NCBI RefSeq assembly: GCF_006345805.1 | Contig: NC_043000.1 | Location: 97,464,001 to 97,528,000 of the forward strand | Length of the DNA stretch: 64,000 bases | Reading direction: 5' to 3' | Source of the DNA: Octopus sinensis | Lineage: Eukaryota | In this document: piece by piece, positions 1 through 12,240 of the stretch | Position numbering within the stretch: the first letter of the stretch is position 1 | Layout: each line of letters starts with the position of its first letter | Notes under the pieces: generated by a model | What the model was told of the DNA's origin: nothing | The model's database searches: none | The model's input: only the letters and a program-made list of their open reading frames with translations | Program-made: the position numbers and the translations under genes

Positions 1-1640
1 TTTATGATATCTAATATCACTTATGGCTTTCCCTCCAATGTTTGTGCCAAAAACTTTTCCACAGAACCCACAATACACTCAGGTACTGCCTGCACGGAAT
101 GGGTTTCTTCTTGTTTCTTTAATGATTCGATGTAGATGCGACACTTATCTTTCATAATAATGACACTTCTGTTGATTGCTGTTCTCCAAACTACTGTCAT
201 TAGCGACGCTTCCATATTCTTATAATAAATATGGCACTTGATCACACTGCTCTACTAAGATCACACTGCCCTACCTGATATCACTGAAACACTTCAATTC
301 CCCTCTTCTGTGTGTTCTTTAAAAATGTACATCAAAGTGTAACTCGTTTGGAAGTCTGTTGTCTTCTGCACATCTGACATGGCCTAGCAACCGTAATTGT
401 TGTTCACACAGGATTGACATCAAACTTGGCAGTTGCTATATCTGCAGCACTTCGTTATTGATGACTTTATCTTGCCATGAGATATTTAGAACCTTACAGG
501 AGCATTGTAAATTACTTTAGTTTCTTGTTTTCTTTTTGCAATTATTGGGTATGTTGTCATTGTCATGGAACCATACAGTAGTGCGACAAGGGTGCGTTTT
601 TCCACATGCTCAGGACGCTTGATTCTGATCTTAGTCGATTTTCTTCTTGTAAGTTTTACTTTGCTTATTCTAGCATATTCTGCAATAAAGATAGATACTA
701 ATTGTGTCTCAGTAAACCCGCGCAGGAAAACTCATCAACTGTTACCAATGGGAATCTATCTAAGGTGATGTAAACATAATCACTGCTTCTCTGGATAGAG
801 TAAGTGGCTGATATCACGAGAAAAGTTCTTCCTAATTAAGGAAATCTTGTCAGTAATTTCTTGTAATATTGATTCCCAGTAAGTAACAAGTGCTACATTA
901 TCAGTATACGGTTCTCAAAAGATGGATCTTGATGTGTTGGTCATAGTAATAAGTTGTGCTCCATTGAACAAGCACTATTCTGTCTAACAATAGCGGAAAA
1001 CATCATTAGGTATTACCTTCAAAGCATATTGCAGTAATACAGGAAAATGTTTTCCAAACAAATTTGGAGTAAAAACGTAACCCAGCTCGAATTCACTCTT
1101 GATTCAAAACTGTCTGATGGAATCATAAAATTACATATTGCCTTTTATATTTTCGTGAAATATACTCGAGTTATGTTAGAAGCTTCCCATTTGCCGCCAC
1201 TGCCTTAAAAAGATCTGACCTACGGACTGTATTAAATGTTTTAACGAGATATTCGAAAATAGTATAAAGTTTCTGAAGATGAGCAATGAAAATATTACCA
1301 CAATGCTGGATAGGGTACCAAGTTGCTTCTTTAAAATTTTCAACTGATGACCTGTCTGTTAAGCCAGAAATAACAGTTAAACAGATGGATTGAGTACGAC
1401 TTCTCGCAAGATGAAAGGTAAGCGGACAGCTAGATAACATGAGTGTATCAAACCCTCTAAAATGATACAACTAAATGAAAAAACCCTGCTGCAGGACCCT
1501 AAAAATTTATACGTGAACTATGTAGTATAAAATCACAAGTAGTGACAACATTACAGTTGATCTCTAATAGAAAAATCTTTTCTTCTACCTATATTAATTC
1601 CTGATCCATTGTTGGAGATAAGGGACCATTCCATATCAAT
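1..1640 (-). mobile_element. Degraded RTE-clade (BovB-like) LINE, RT domain to C-terminal zinc finger
   Basis: Minus-strand remnants in RTE order: LYTIFEYLVKTFNTVRRSDLF (cf. LYIAFIDLTKAFDTVSR), LVALLYGSMTM (LLYGSETW), SWQDKVINNEVL, QLRLLGHVRCAEDNRLP, WRTAI, and CGFCGKVFGTNIG. Many stops and frameshifts. Confidence 0.85.
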
Positions 1641-1857
1641 AAAGAAACTTTACTATTGTGGTATCATACATCATAAAAACAAAATAGGCAAAAGCGATTG
1701 TAATAGCTACAGAAAATTTTCTTTCTTTGCATATCTTTACAGAAAAATAGTTGTCCCGTTTTATTGAAAAGCAACTACAAAGCTTGGATGATAGGCGAGG
1801 TTGCCACCAGGAAGCTAATACTCGTTCAGGCATGTCCGATCTACCGATCGGCCTTAT

Positions 1858-2575
<718 letters not shown>

Positions 2576-2984
2576 TCGGCGTATATCATTGTCTTGTTTA
2601 GGCAATGTTATTCATTAAATTATAACGGGAAGAAACAAACAAACATAAAGTCAGAAATAAATGCCGATCGATCAAATGTTTGCGTAGATGATCGATGACT
2701 GGAAGTAGCAGATATATTTCTCATGATTTAATACATTAGGCTTCTTAAATGACATTTCTACATCGGTCGTATGAAATCTGAATTCATATTTGGCAAAGCT
2801 ATTTTTGGAAAATTGAAATTAAAGAGCATGGTACTTTTCCTTTTTCTTTTTCCTTAGCGAGTAGCTTGGATCAAAAACATTTATATAAATGCGATATCAT
2901 CGTTAAAGAATAGCGTGACATCATGTAGCACAATGCAAACGGAAGAATATCTCTTATGGCACGATGTTATCTGATATGAAATAA

Positions 2985-3047
2985 CAACTGATTATTATTA
3001 TTATTATCATCCTCATCATCATCATCATCACAACCACCACCACCACC

Positions 3048-3078
<31 letters not shown>

Positions 3079-3184
3079 TCATCATCATCACCACCACCAC
3101 CACCACTACCACCATCATCATCATCATAATCGTCGTCGTCGTCGTCGACGTCGTCATCATCATCATCAGCAGCAGCAGCAGCAG

Positions 3185-3234
<50 letters not shown>

Positions 3235-3268
3235 GCATCATCATCATCATCATCATCATCATTATTAC

Positions 3269-3310
<42 letters not shown>

Positions 3311-3358
3311 CATCATTATTATTATTATTATTATTATCATTATTATCATTATTATTGA
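2985..3358. repeat. Compound trinucleotide array (ATT/CAT/CAC/CGT/CAG)
   Basis: Seen directly; blocks stay in one phase. Confidence 0.95.
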
Positions 3359-4724
3359 TGCCTGCAAGAAGAGATCGTATATCTAATCTTAGTAATACAA
3401 AATCGATGAAATCATTTCATCTGAAAGGTTACGTCGGATAAACTAGTTAAAGATTTCGTGCTGCACAGGTGAAACCAATAGGACTAAATATAGATTTACT
3501 AATCGACTACAGCACTGTATACAAAATAAGGTTGGTGATAATATAGGAAATGTACTGAACAAAGGAATAATAATTAATTAAAACTACACTTGTGATGAAG
3601 ATAAATAACCATTCGCTTTATGATTAATTCTAGTTATTTGGCTAACGACAACTTCGAAATTCCAGTCAATTAAATTTGATTCAAACACAATGTGTCTGAT
3701 TAGCTAGAGGAATGTTTCAGCCTTAGCTGATCTCCTCTGTGATCTATCGTCTTTACCTGTGCTGCCAGACAGAAATAATTTGAGAGAGATTGTGTTATTT
3801 TAAATTCTTTTATTGGTTTCAGTTATTAGACTATTACCATACTGGGGCAATTCCTTCTCGAGTTTTATTCGATTATATCCACCCCACCAATACTGATCTC
3901 GGGTGGATACTTATTTTATCAATATCTATTGCCAACACGCCAAGTTATGGAATGCAAGGTGACGCTAACAAAAACTACACCAGGTTTTAGACCATAAAAT
4001 ATAAGTACAAACACGCACACGCCGTGTACACACACGAATTCACACACACACACAGATACACACACACAACACACACACACGACGGGTTTCTGAAGAGTTA
4101 TAGTTTACCAAAATCAGTTCAGAAGGTACTGGTTAACACGGGGATGTAATAAGAAACACATACCAAAAATACTGCACTGTGGGGTTGAATACCGAACCAT
4201 ATGGTTGCTTACGTGCGTGTGCGCGTGTGTGCGAGCGTGTGTGTCTGAAACCACAGACAACGAAAATATATAGAAAAAAAGCAAGTCAAAACAAACGACA
4301 AATGCTTTCGACTACGACAGAAAGGAGAATAATACTGAGGTAATTATCCACAAAAATAAAACATGAAATGGTTGTACGAAGGAGCAACGTTGAGAAAAAG
4401 TTGTTGGAAAAATAGTCTTTGAAAAGAAAGGAGGTAGAAATAATGGACAGGGATTAAGAAAATGGTGTGTTCTGGAAGAGAACCCAGTAGGAAAGACAAA
4501 ACAGACGACGGAGGACGGGAGAAATCAGAAGATGGAGTGGAAAGTGATGGAGAGAGGGCGAGACAAAATAAGTGAGAAAAGTAAGAACAGAGAAGGCTAG
4601 GGAAAGGGAGTGAAGAGGTAGAGATGCAACTGAGTGGAGAGAGAAAGAAAGGGGAAACTAAAGTAGAGGAAGGGTGAAAAGGTGAGAGAAGGTGTTGCAG
4701 CAAATAAACAATATAAATATGTAA

Positions 4725-5025
4725 TAAAGGTAAAGACCCCCTTCGGTCATGAATGACCATGGGATTGCACCTAGAAAGTTACCCTCCTAGACACAAGTCC
4801 GGGCAAGGTTGTTTATGGAAGACCAGCAGTCGCCCATGCTAACCAGCCTCCCCTCTCCACGCCACCAGTGTTATCCAAGGGAAAGACAAAGGTCGATACA
4901 GCTTGGCACCTGTGACGTCGCAACTCATTTCTACAGCTGAGTGAACTGGAGCAACGTGAAATAAAGTGCCTTGCTCGAGAACACAACACGCAGCCCGGTC
5001 CGGGATTCGAGCTCACAACCTCACA
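4725..5025 (-). mobile_element. tRNA-derived SINE (family C head and core, with a different 3' tail)
   Basis: B-box-like GAGCTCGAATCCC, then the core gagcaaggcactttatttcacgttgctccagttcactcagctg shared with 19585 and 27890; ends in ctttacctttatt. Confidence 0.75.
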
Positions 5026-5099
5026 AAAATATATAATAGCGATGTATAAACGGATGCCTGAATGGGTGATCATGCACGACATATGGACATATGTCTTTC

Positions 5100-5395
5100 A
5101 ACATTGGTCTCGAGTCAACCCAATTCTTCAGAGTCAAAATTGGGTTGACGAATACCTGTAGATAAAATGTTCAGCCATGTCACATTTTGTCCGGATAAGC
5201 ACCAGATGACTACCACACCAACGTTTGTGGCAGCTGCGACCCGTGCACTGGAGAATCCAACGCAGCGCGCAGAAGAAGACAGACGAAACAGATTGAGGGA
5301 GATCTGAACTTGCAGTGCCTGGACCTCAAGCATGTTATGGCCAGCGTCATGGATCGGAAAGCAGAGAATAACATCATCACCAGAGTCCGTCATCC
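5100..5395 (+). mobile_element. Degraded RTE-like LINE 3' fragment
   Basis: ...RRRRQTKQIEGDLNLQCLDLKHVMASVMDRK resembles the RTE C-terminus (RGRP..W.DQI..DL..L.......A.DR). Confidence 0.5.
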
Positions 5396-6020
5396 AGTGG
5401 CAATAGCCCGGGAACAGGGTGCACTTGCACTCCCTAAAATTTCGTGGTGGTGCAATATTGCAACCCCTACCTATCTTTCCCAGGCTTAGAAAATATTGTT
5501 AAAAATTGACCTGTAAAACGTTGCTTGAAGTTAGGTTTTTTCATAAAATAAGAACAAAGAACTAAAATAATAAAAAGAACACCCACCCCCAAATCCCTAG
5601 AAAACTATATTACTGAACTAAATCATCCTCAACAAAAAAAAATTAAATCATATATATATACATATATAACAACAACAACCACGGCTGCTCCATACTAACA
5701 CAATTGATGAAGTATTAAACCCCACAATCAAGGGCTCTTCATAGTTCAGCTATCCACTTCTCCTTTCCTCAGAATACCACAAGTGACCCTTCTTCGTCAT
5801 TGTCATCATGCTCTTCTACTACTGCCCTTACCACAACTAAACAATAGTAACAACAAGGTCAGCAATGAAAGTCACTCTTTAATACTAGAACAATTGATGA
5901 CCTATAAAACAACACAGTCCCTGGCTCTTTTTCACAGTCAAATCACTCAAATTCTTCCCAGAATAACACAAGAGATCCATCATCACCATTGTCAACCCTA
6001 TTCTACTGATGCTACCATTT

Positions 6021-6059
<39 letters not shown>

Positions 6060-6149
6060 TAATTAGTGAAGAATCACTCCTTTCTTCCCCACTGTCCACC
6101 TCAATTTGAATGTATACCTAACAGCTCCATGATAAATCTGCCAACTGTA

Positions 6150-7660
6150 AATAAAATAAAATTAGGAACACATGAAACTCCAACATATTTGCTATTCTCA
6201 ATGCGAGAGACTATCCGTACGTAGTGACTGTAACTTCACCCATTTACCTGGACAAGACACACAATTCGTACAAGCAGTACCAGCCAACGCCAAACCACAC
6301 ATCTTACAACACCACCACTAAATGCTAAATCACACTTAATAACTTCTACACATGTAACCCCGAATCCTAAAGTCTGTTGTTATTCCCAACACAAAATATT
6401 ATATTTGATATGTGATTGCCCCTTAACTCATGTTCCAGGGACTCGACGCACTAGTAGAAGCATGACACCAAACTACCACCAAATTCGCAGTAGAATCATC
6501 CCTTACATTGGCAGTGTTGGTCCAGGTTTTCATCGAAACCCAGAAGTCACCCAGATATCTATTGGGTACAATAGTAAAATCAACAGCCGCAAACCATATA
6601 ACTATAACCATATTCAACAGTGCAACCATAGCAACTCCAAACAACAACCCCTCCCTAAAGGAGAAAAAGAAATGTTTTTTAGCCATGATGAATTTAGCGA
6701 AAAAAATGTTTTTTAAATTCTAGCTCTCATACAGCATCATCCACTGCTATTATTCCAGTGTACAACCACACGATGGCTGTCATTAACCCAGAATCTCAAC
6801 TCAATAATAATGTCGAATGTACAAGGTCTTTCACACTTCCCAAATCGAACAAAAGTATCATATCTTGCACAGCGAGAGACCTTGAACAGCAAGAAAAGAC
6901 AATATGTGTAGCTCTAAGTGAAACGCACCTGGCCTCAGTCATATTGGATGCGGAAGTACACATGTCAGGTCATATACTACTCAGAACTGACTACAGAATA
7001 CAGAAACAATGAGAAATAGCAATTTCCATCCAAGAAAACCTGGCAACAAATGTGCTCCTCTCTCACTCCAACACAGTGTGCGATACACTAATAATGCATG
7101 TGATTGACCTCAGTTTGATCATAGGCATTATCTACTGTCTTCTTAATGCAACTAACCATGGAGATCACTTCAAAGATCTTTAATTTTCCTAGTCTCGGCT
7201 GGTCTGAGGCCTATATCCAACCTGAAATTAAACAACTGAACAGAAGAGATATGAATGCCCTTCTCGATACCACTAAAGACTTCCTCATACAACAAATCAT
7301 TACCAATCCAACTAGGGAAAATAACATACTCGACCTAATCTTTACCGCGAATACAGACTTCATTCACAATGTTCAGCTATTTCCGACCACAACATTATAC
7401 GATTATCAACAGACACAAAGAACATCAAACATAACTCACTCCGCATGGACTTGAATTTCCTGGAAGGCCAAGTGGAAGGAAATCGAAACTGAAATTCTCG
7501 AAGCAAACTGGTTTCAGCATATTGACAAATCCAATGTTAACGAGGGAATGAAGCTTCTGTGCGAAGAATTAATCAGGATTTGTTGAAAGTATGCCCCATG
7601 TAAACGCGCATATTCCCGCAAACACGTGATCCCGCGAGATAGACGGAAACTAATGTGTAT
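6150..7660 (+). mobile_element. Degraded CR1-clade LINE (ORF1 remnant and AP endonuclease)
   Basis: CVALSETHL..ILDAEV; VLLSHSNTVCDTL; FNFPSLGWS; QQIITNPTRENNILDLIF; IPRDRRKLM. Same family as 47409-49185. Confidence 0.8.
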
Positions 7661-8635
7661 GTGGTGGAAGGCTAAATAACCAGAAAGAAGGGGGAGCGAC
7701 ATCGCGAAGGAACCGGAAGGGGGACGAAATGACGTCACGTCGGTGAGCGAGAGGTTGAAGACGGTTTCTTTCTTTGTGGGGGTCTGTGGTGAAGAAGCAT
7801 AGTACTGCTTGCTGGCGAGAATCGGCGGAGCCGACACGTGATTACAACTGATTGATTTGGCTGGTTGTCTCAATTGCAACTCGAGATAAACCACAAGCTA
7901 TTTCAGCACGCCGTTACCAGCCGAAGATACGTCCGAGAATTTGTTACGAAAGTTATGTAATTTTGGCAGTGCAAGCATACGGTGAACAGAATAAATGGAA
8001 AGAAGATCTTCCTTTCATTGATAAAATATGTGGAAACATCAGTCAGTGTCCGCCTACAGTAATAAAACTTTGCATTGGCCTTTTATCACGGGTTAAAGAA
8101 TATGATGTGGCTCAAAAACAAGCGTATCTGTAGCTAGAAAATCCTCAGAACTTTGAGAAACAACATCTGTCAGCAAAATTAAACTGGAGACCCGTGTTGA
8201 GGATGCAGGTGATTATAGTTGATGAGATGGTTGAACTAGAGGTCGAAATGGACGTGATCATATGATCGGAAGGTGTGACAGTTCGCGGGGCCGGATCAGA
8301 ATTTGGTAACCGGTGCACTGCGTGCCGTGAGCGCGCAGCGGAGGATGAAAGCTGTAAGGGTGACGGATTCCTGGTAGAGATAGGGGTTTTCAGAGGCGCA
8401 ATTGAAGACGAAGACTTCTGTGCTGAGTTCGATGGAGAAAGATGGACGGTGGAATACTATTTGAAAGGAGAACCTCCCGTACCGAGAAATAGGGCGTGCT
8501 GCCATGAGCGCACCCTGATAGGAGAAGTCAGGTTCAGGTTCGAGAGAGAAGTGAACAGATGGATAGAGGAGGGTATTTTGATGCCCTGGGGTGAGGGGAC
8601 AATGAGCGGTATGCTATCGATAATGGCGGTGGATA
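7660..8635 (+). mobile_element. Ty3/Gypsy-like LTR retrotransposon relic (possible LTR, protease end, RT start)
   Basis: CpG-rich 7660-7900 with a possible TG...CA; 8220-8635 reads MVELEV..MDVII, EDEDFCAEFDGERWTVE, FEREVNRWIEEGILMPW...LSIMAV (RT N-terminus before the RPVLD motif). Confidence 0.65.
7940..8165 (+). pseudogene. PEX26: PEX26-like (peroxin 26) coding fragment with one in-frame stop
   Basis: SYVILAVQAYGEQNKWKEDLPFIDKICGNISQCPPTVIKLCIGLLSRVKEYDVAQKQAYL*LENPQN aligns without gaps to remembered human PEX26 [67 protein letters not shown]; TAG at 8131-8133 replaces the Trp. Confidence 0.75.
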
Positions 8636-8769
8636 ATATGTGTGTGCGTGTGCGTGTGTGTACGTGTACGTGTGTGTACATGCATACAGACATACACACA
8701 CTCACACGCTGGTGTTACTTCTGCTACAGTAAGGCATCTCGGCATCAGCAGCTTCCTCTTTCTAAACGA

Positions 8770-9430
8770 ACTGATGTCGCTGACCAACTATAGTATTCTT
8801 TGACATCAGCCTTGACCAAAGCAATCTATCTTCCACTAGCCATCTTGGGATTCCTGTACCCCTCCATTCGGTAATCTGTGGGTGCCGCTGCACAGTGCCT
8901 TAGGAACGAAATTTGCTTAAGGGGGTGTAAACTCTTGTAAAAGTTCATTGCCAACACGAGTGACTATAGTACCTACTATATTCGCATGCATGTGCGAACG
9001 TATTTAGGGTGCGATTATGGATACATGTGTATGTGTTGTGTGTGTCTTGTGTGTGTGTATGTGTGTGTTGTGTGTGTATGTGAATGTGTGCGTGCGTATA
9101 TATGCATTTGCTATTGATATTTGTTGGTGTGCTAGTGAAGCAGATCTGGTATTTATGTGTTCGAACGTGATGTATGCTAGTGTATTTGCGTGTACGTAAG
9201 CATGTGTGTGTGTCTATTCATTTGTGTGGTTGTATGAGTGTGGGTTAGTGCGTGGGATGCGTGTTTGCGTATGTGTGCGGGTATTATGAGTGTGTGCACG
9301 CGCGCGTATGCGTGTGTATATGTCTCTGACCAACTGATATTCTTTGACAATACTATGTGACCCGCCTTGACCAATAGCAGCCTATCTTCCGGTAGCCATC
9401 TTGAACTTCATGTATCTCTTCATTCGGTAA
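8770..9430. repeat. Two diverged copies of a ~105-bp fragment (8770-8875 and 9325-9430), possibly retroelement-derived
   Basis: Shared ctgaccaact..tattctttgaca..gccttgaccaa..tatcttcc..tagccatcttg..cattcggtaa. Confidence 0.55.
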
Positions 9431-9584
9431 CCAAAGCCTGAAAGTGACGGGCTTCTGTTAGAGGCCTGCGAAACTTTAAGTCGCATGGACCGAATTAAAC
9501 TGTCTTAAATAATACGTATACTACTAAATGTGTTGGGTGCCCTTCTATGTCGTTTATCCACTCGTGTATATTATTCATACATCA

Positions 9585-9654
<70 letters not shown>

Positions 9655-9659
<5 letters not shown>

Positions 9660-10836
9660 ATAAATATTAGGGAATAAATCCAAATTTACAGGGAAAAATC
9701 AGATTTAGGATTAAATCCAATTTTATAGTAAAATATTATAAAATATTATTAGAGACAAAACCACTATTTTGCAAAACAAACAAGGAAAGACTTAATCAAT
9801 ACATAAAATTTTAATAAATAGTCAAAAAAACCGCCACTACAATCGTTTCTTGTCTTGATCGACAATCTTCAGGTGGACTTCCAATCTAAAAAATCAATAT
9901 TTTAAAATATAAAAATAATAATTTTAAAATAATTAAAGTATGAATGAAAAAATATAAGTATATAATCCATATATAACCTATATATAATCCATATATAATC
10001 AATATATAAACAATATATAAACTAAAAAAAACCTATCAACAATTAAATATAAACTATAAAATATAAAATATAAAATATAAAATATAAAACAAAACAAAAA
10101 AATAATAATAATATAATAATAAACTATATATACACCCATACACATATACCTAATTATATATAACCATATCTAACTACATACACTAAATCACACACCTATA
10201 TATATATCCTATACATACACATAAAAACGTCTAGGCAACTATAAATAAATAAAATAGCTAAATACTTCAACACAATACTTATTCATACTCCCACACACAC
10301 ACACATACAACCCACATTCACGCTCTAGAAAACGGACATCACTCAAAACTATGAACGGAGAAATGGAATAAATGGAATTAAAAATTATATTCACTTGGTA
10401 AAAACGAACACTACTTAAAAATTATGAATGAAACAATGCAATAAAACAACAGACATCGCAAATAGACACAAATTACTACGAATTCCTTAACAAACCTATC
10501 ATGATAAACCAAAAACTCATAAAAACATATAATGATAAAATCTCCCTTTACTAAACTCTATAACAAACCTATATAGCAATCCCCCTAACCTAAACATTCA
10601 CACACAAATACACACACGTAAACCACACACCCACGACATATACAAATACCCACACCACTTACACATACCAATACATACATATAAACCTCAACATATACTC
10701 CAAAAACCCACTCAACCCCACACAGACAAATAAACACAAAAATTATGAATGGATTCTTTTATAAAACTACCATGATAAGCTAAAACTCACAAAACAGAAA
10801 TGATAAAACCTCCCTTTACTAAACACTATAACATAC
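9655..10836. mobile_element. Penelope-like element relic (terminal repeat and possible GIY-YIG C-terminus)
   Basis: Abuts (TA)n on both sides; hammerhead fold at 9834-9876; HALENGH and KIMNET on + resemble the PLE endonuclease tail; terminal part recurs rearranged at 17801-17958. Confidence 0.55.
9834..9876 (-). ncRNA. Minimal type I hammerhead ribozyme fold
   Basis: CCAC CUGAAGA UUGUC-GAUCAA-GACAA GAAAC GAUU GUA GUGG: all core nucleotides present, with stems I, II and III. Confidence 0.8.
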
Positions 10837-10850
10837 TTACATATATATAT

Positions 10851-11387
10851 ATTCGTGTGTGCGCGGGCGCGTATGTTTATGTGTGAGGTGAGTGTCAATA
10901 TTTGTGTGCGTGTGTCTTCGCGAGGGAGGAATAAAACTGGTGCCGAGATATATTAAAAGAAGAACCTGAGTAGCAAAATCAGTACTTAATATAGAAAAAC
11001 CAAAAGGCGGCGAGCTGGCAGAAACGTTAACACGCCGGGCGAAATGCTTGGCGGTATTTCGTCTGTCTTTACGTTCTGAGTTCAAATTCTGCCGAGGTCT
11101 ACTTTGCCTTTCTTCTTTTCGTGTGTGCGCGGGCGCGTGTGTTTATGTGTGAGGTGAGTGTCAATATTTGTGTGCGTGTGTCTTCGCGAGGGAGGAATAA
11201 AACTGGTGCCGAGATATATTAAAAGAAGAACCTGAGTAGCAAAATCAGTACTTAATATAGAAAAACCAAAAGGCGGCGAGCTGGCAGAAACGTTAACACG
11301 CCGGGCGAAATGCTTGGCGGTATTTCGTCTGTCTTTACGTTCTGAGTTCAAATTCTGCCGAGGTCTACTTTGCCTTTCTTCTTTTCG
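10851..11387. repeat. 266-bp tandem duplication including a SINE head
   Basis: Offsets 11006/11272 and 10854/11120; near-identical copies; ttcg microhomology at the junction. Confidence 0.95.
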
Positions 11388-11482
11388 GGGTCGATAAATT
11401 AAGTACCAGTTGCGTACTGGAGCCGATCTAATCGACTGACCCCTCCCCCAAAATTTTCGGCCTTGTCCCTCGAGTAGAAAAG
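11272..11482 (+). mobile_element. tRNA-derived SINE family B
   Basis: GGCGGCGAGCTGGCAGAAACG head, B-box GAGTTCAAATTC, body gaggtcgactttgcctttc..cggggtcgat; partial copy at 11006-11120. Confidence 0.9.
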
Positions 11483-11877
11483 AATATAGAAAACAAATTT
11501 ATCAAAATAATATTTGTAGTAATGAGAAAGAATTGCTTTTTGACAATTCTTGTCATAAAAATTCTTTGTCATAAAAAACAGGAGAAACAACATCGAAATT
11601 TCATCAAATATGCATGGATTTTGAAAATTGTTATTGTTTTGTTTTTCCTTTTATTTCCAGGCCAGCGCTGATATAGTGTCCTAGCCGTCACATTCCTGTT
11701 TTTCTATTTATTTATTTCATATTTCATTTTATTTTTGTATGTATTTTTGTTCTGTATTATATTTCTTAGGCTATATACGCAGGGCAAGCACTTGGCTGAA
11801 ACGTTAGGTCTTTAGATGAAATGTCTAGACATGCAACTATGTGCATGAGAATGCATACATAAAACAAAATATGCAAG

Positions 11878-12240
11878 TCTTTTCTACTCAAGGCACAAGG
11901 CCCGAATTTTGGGGGAGGGACCAGTCGATTAGATCGACACCAGTACGCAAATGGTACTTAATTTATCGACCCCGAAAGGATGAAAGGCAAAGTCTACCTC
12001 AGAAATACCTATTTCTTTACTACCCACAAGGGGCTAAACACAGAGGGGACAAACAAGGACAGACAAACGGATTAAGTCGATAATATCGACCCCAGTGCGT
12101 AACTTGTACGTATTTAATCGACCCCGAAAGGATGAAAGGCAAAGTCGACCTCGGCGGAACTTGAACTCAGAACGTAGTGGCAGACGAAATACTGCAGAGC
12201 ATTTCGCTCGGCGTGCTAACGTTTCTGCCAGCTCGCCGCC
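11878..12240 (-). mobile_element. SINE family B (composite, body duplicated)
   Basis: ccccgaaaggatgaaaggcaaagtc occurs twice; head ends ctcgccgcc. Confidence 0.9.

Noticed and set aside
11006-11120. tRNA genes at SINE heads (here and at 27890, 57995 and others)
   Set aside because: They have A/B boxes but no complete cloverleaf, and they continue into dispersed repeat bodies
11785-11810. AGC/GCT stem followed by GAAACGTT (hammerhead 3' half)
   Set aside because: No CUGANGA-like core upstream; at best a decayed copy
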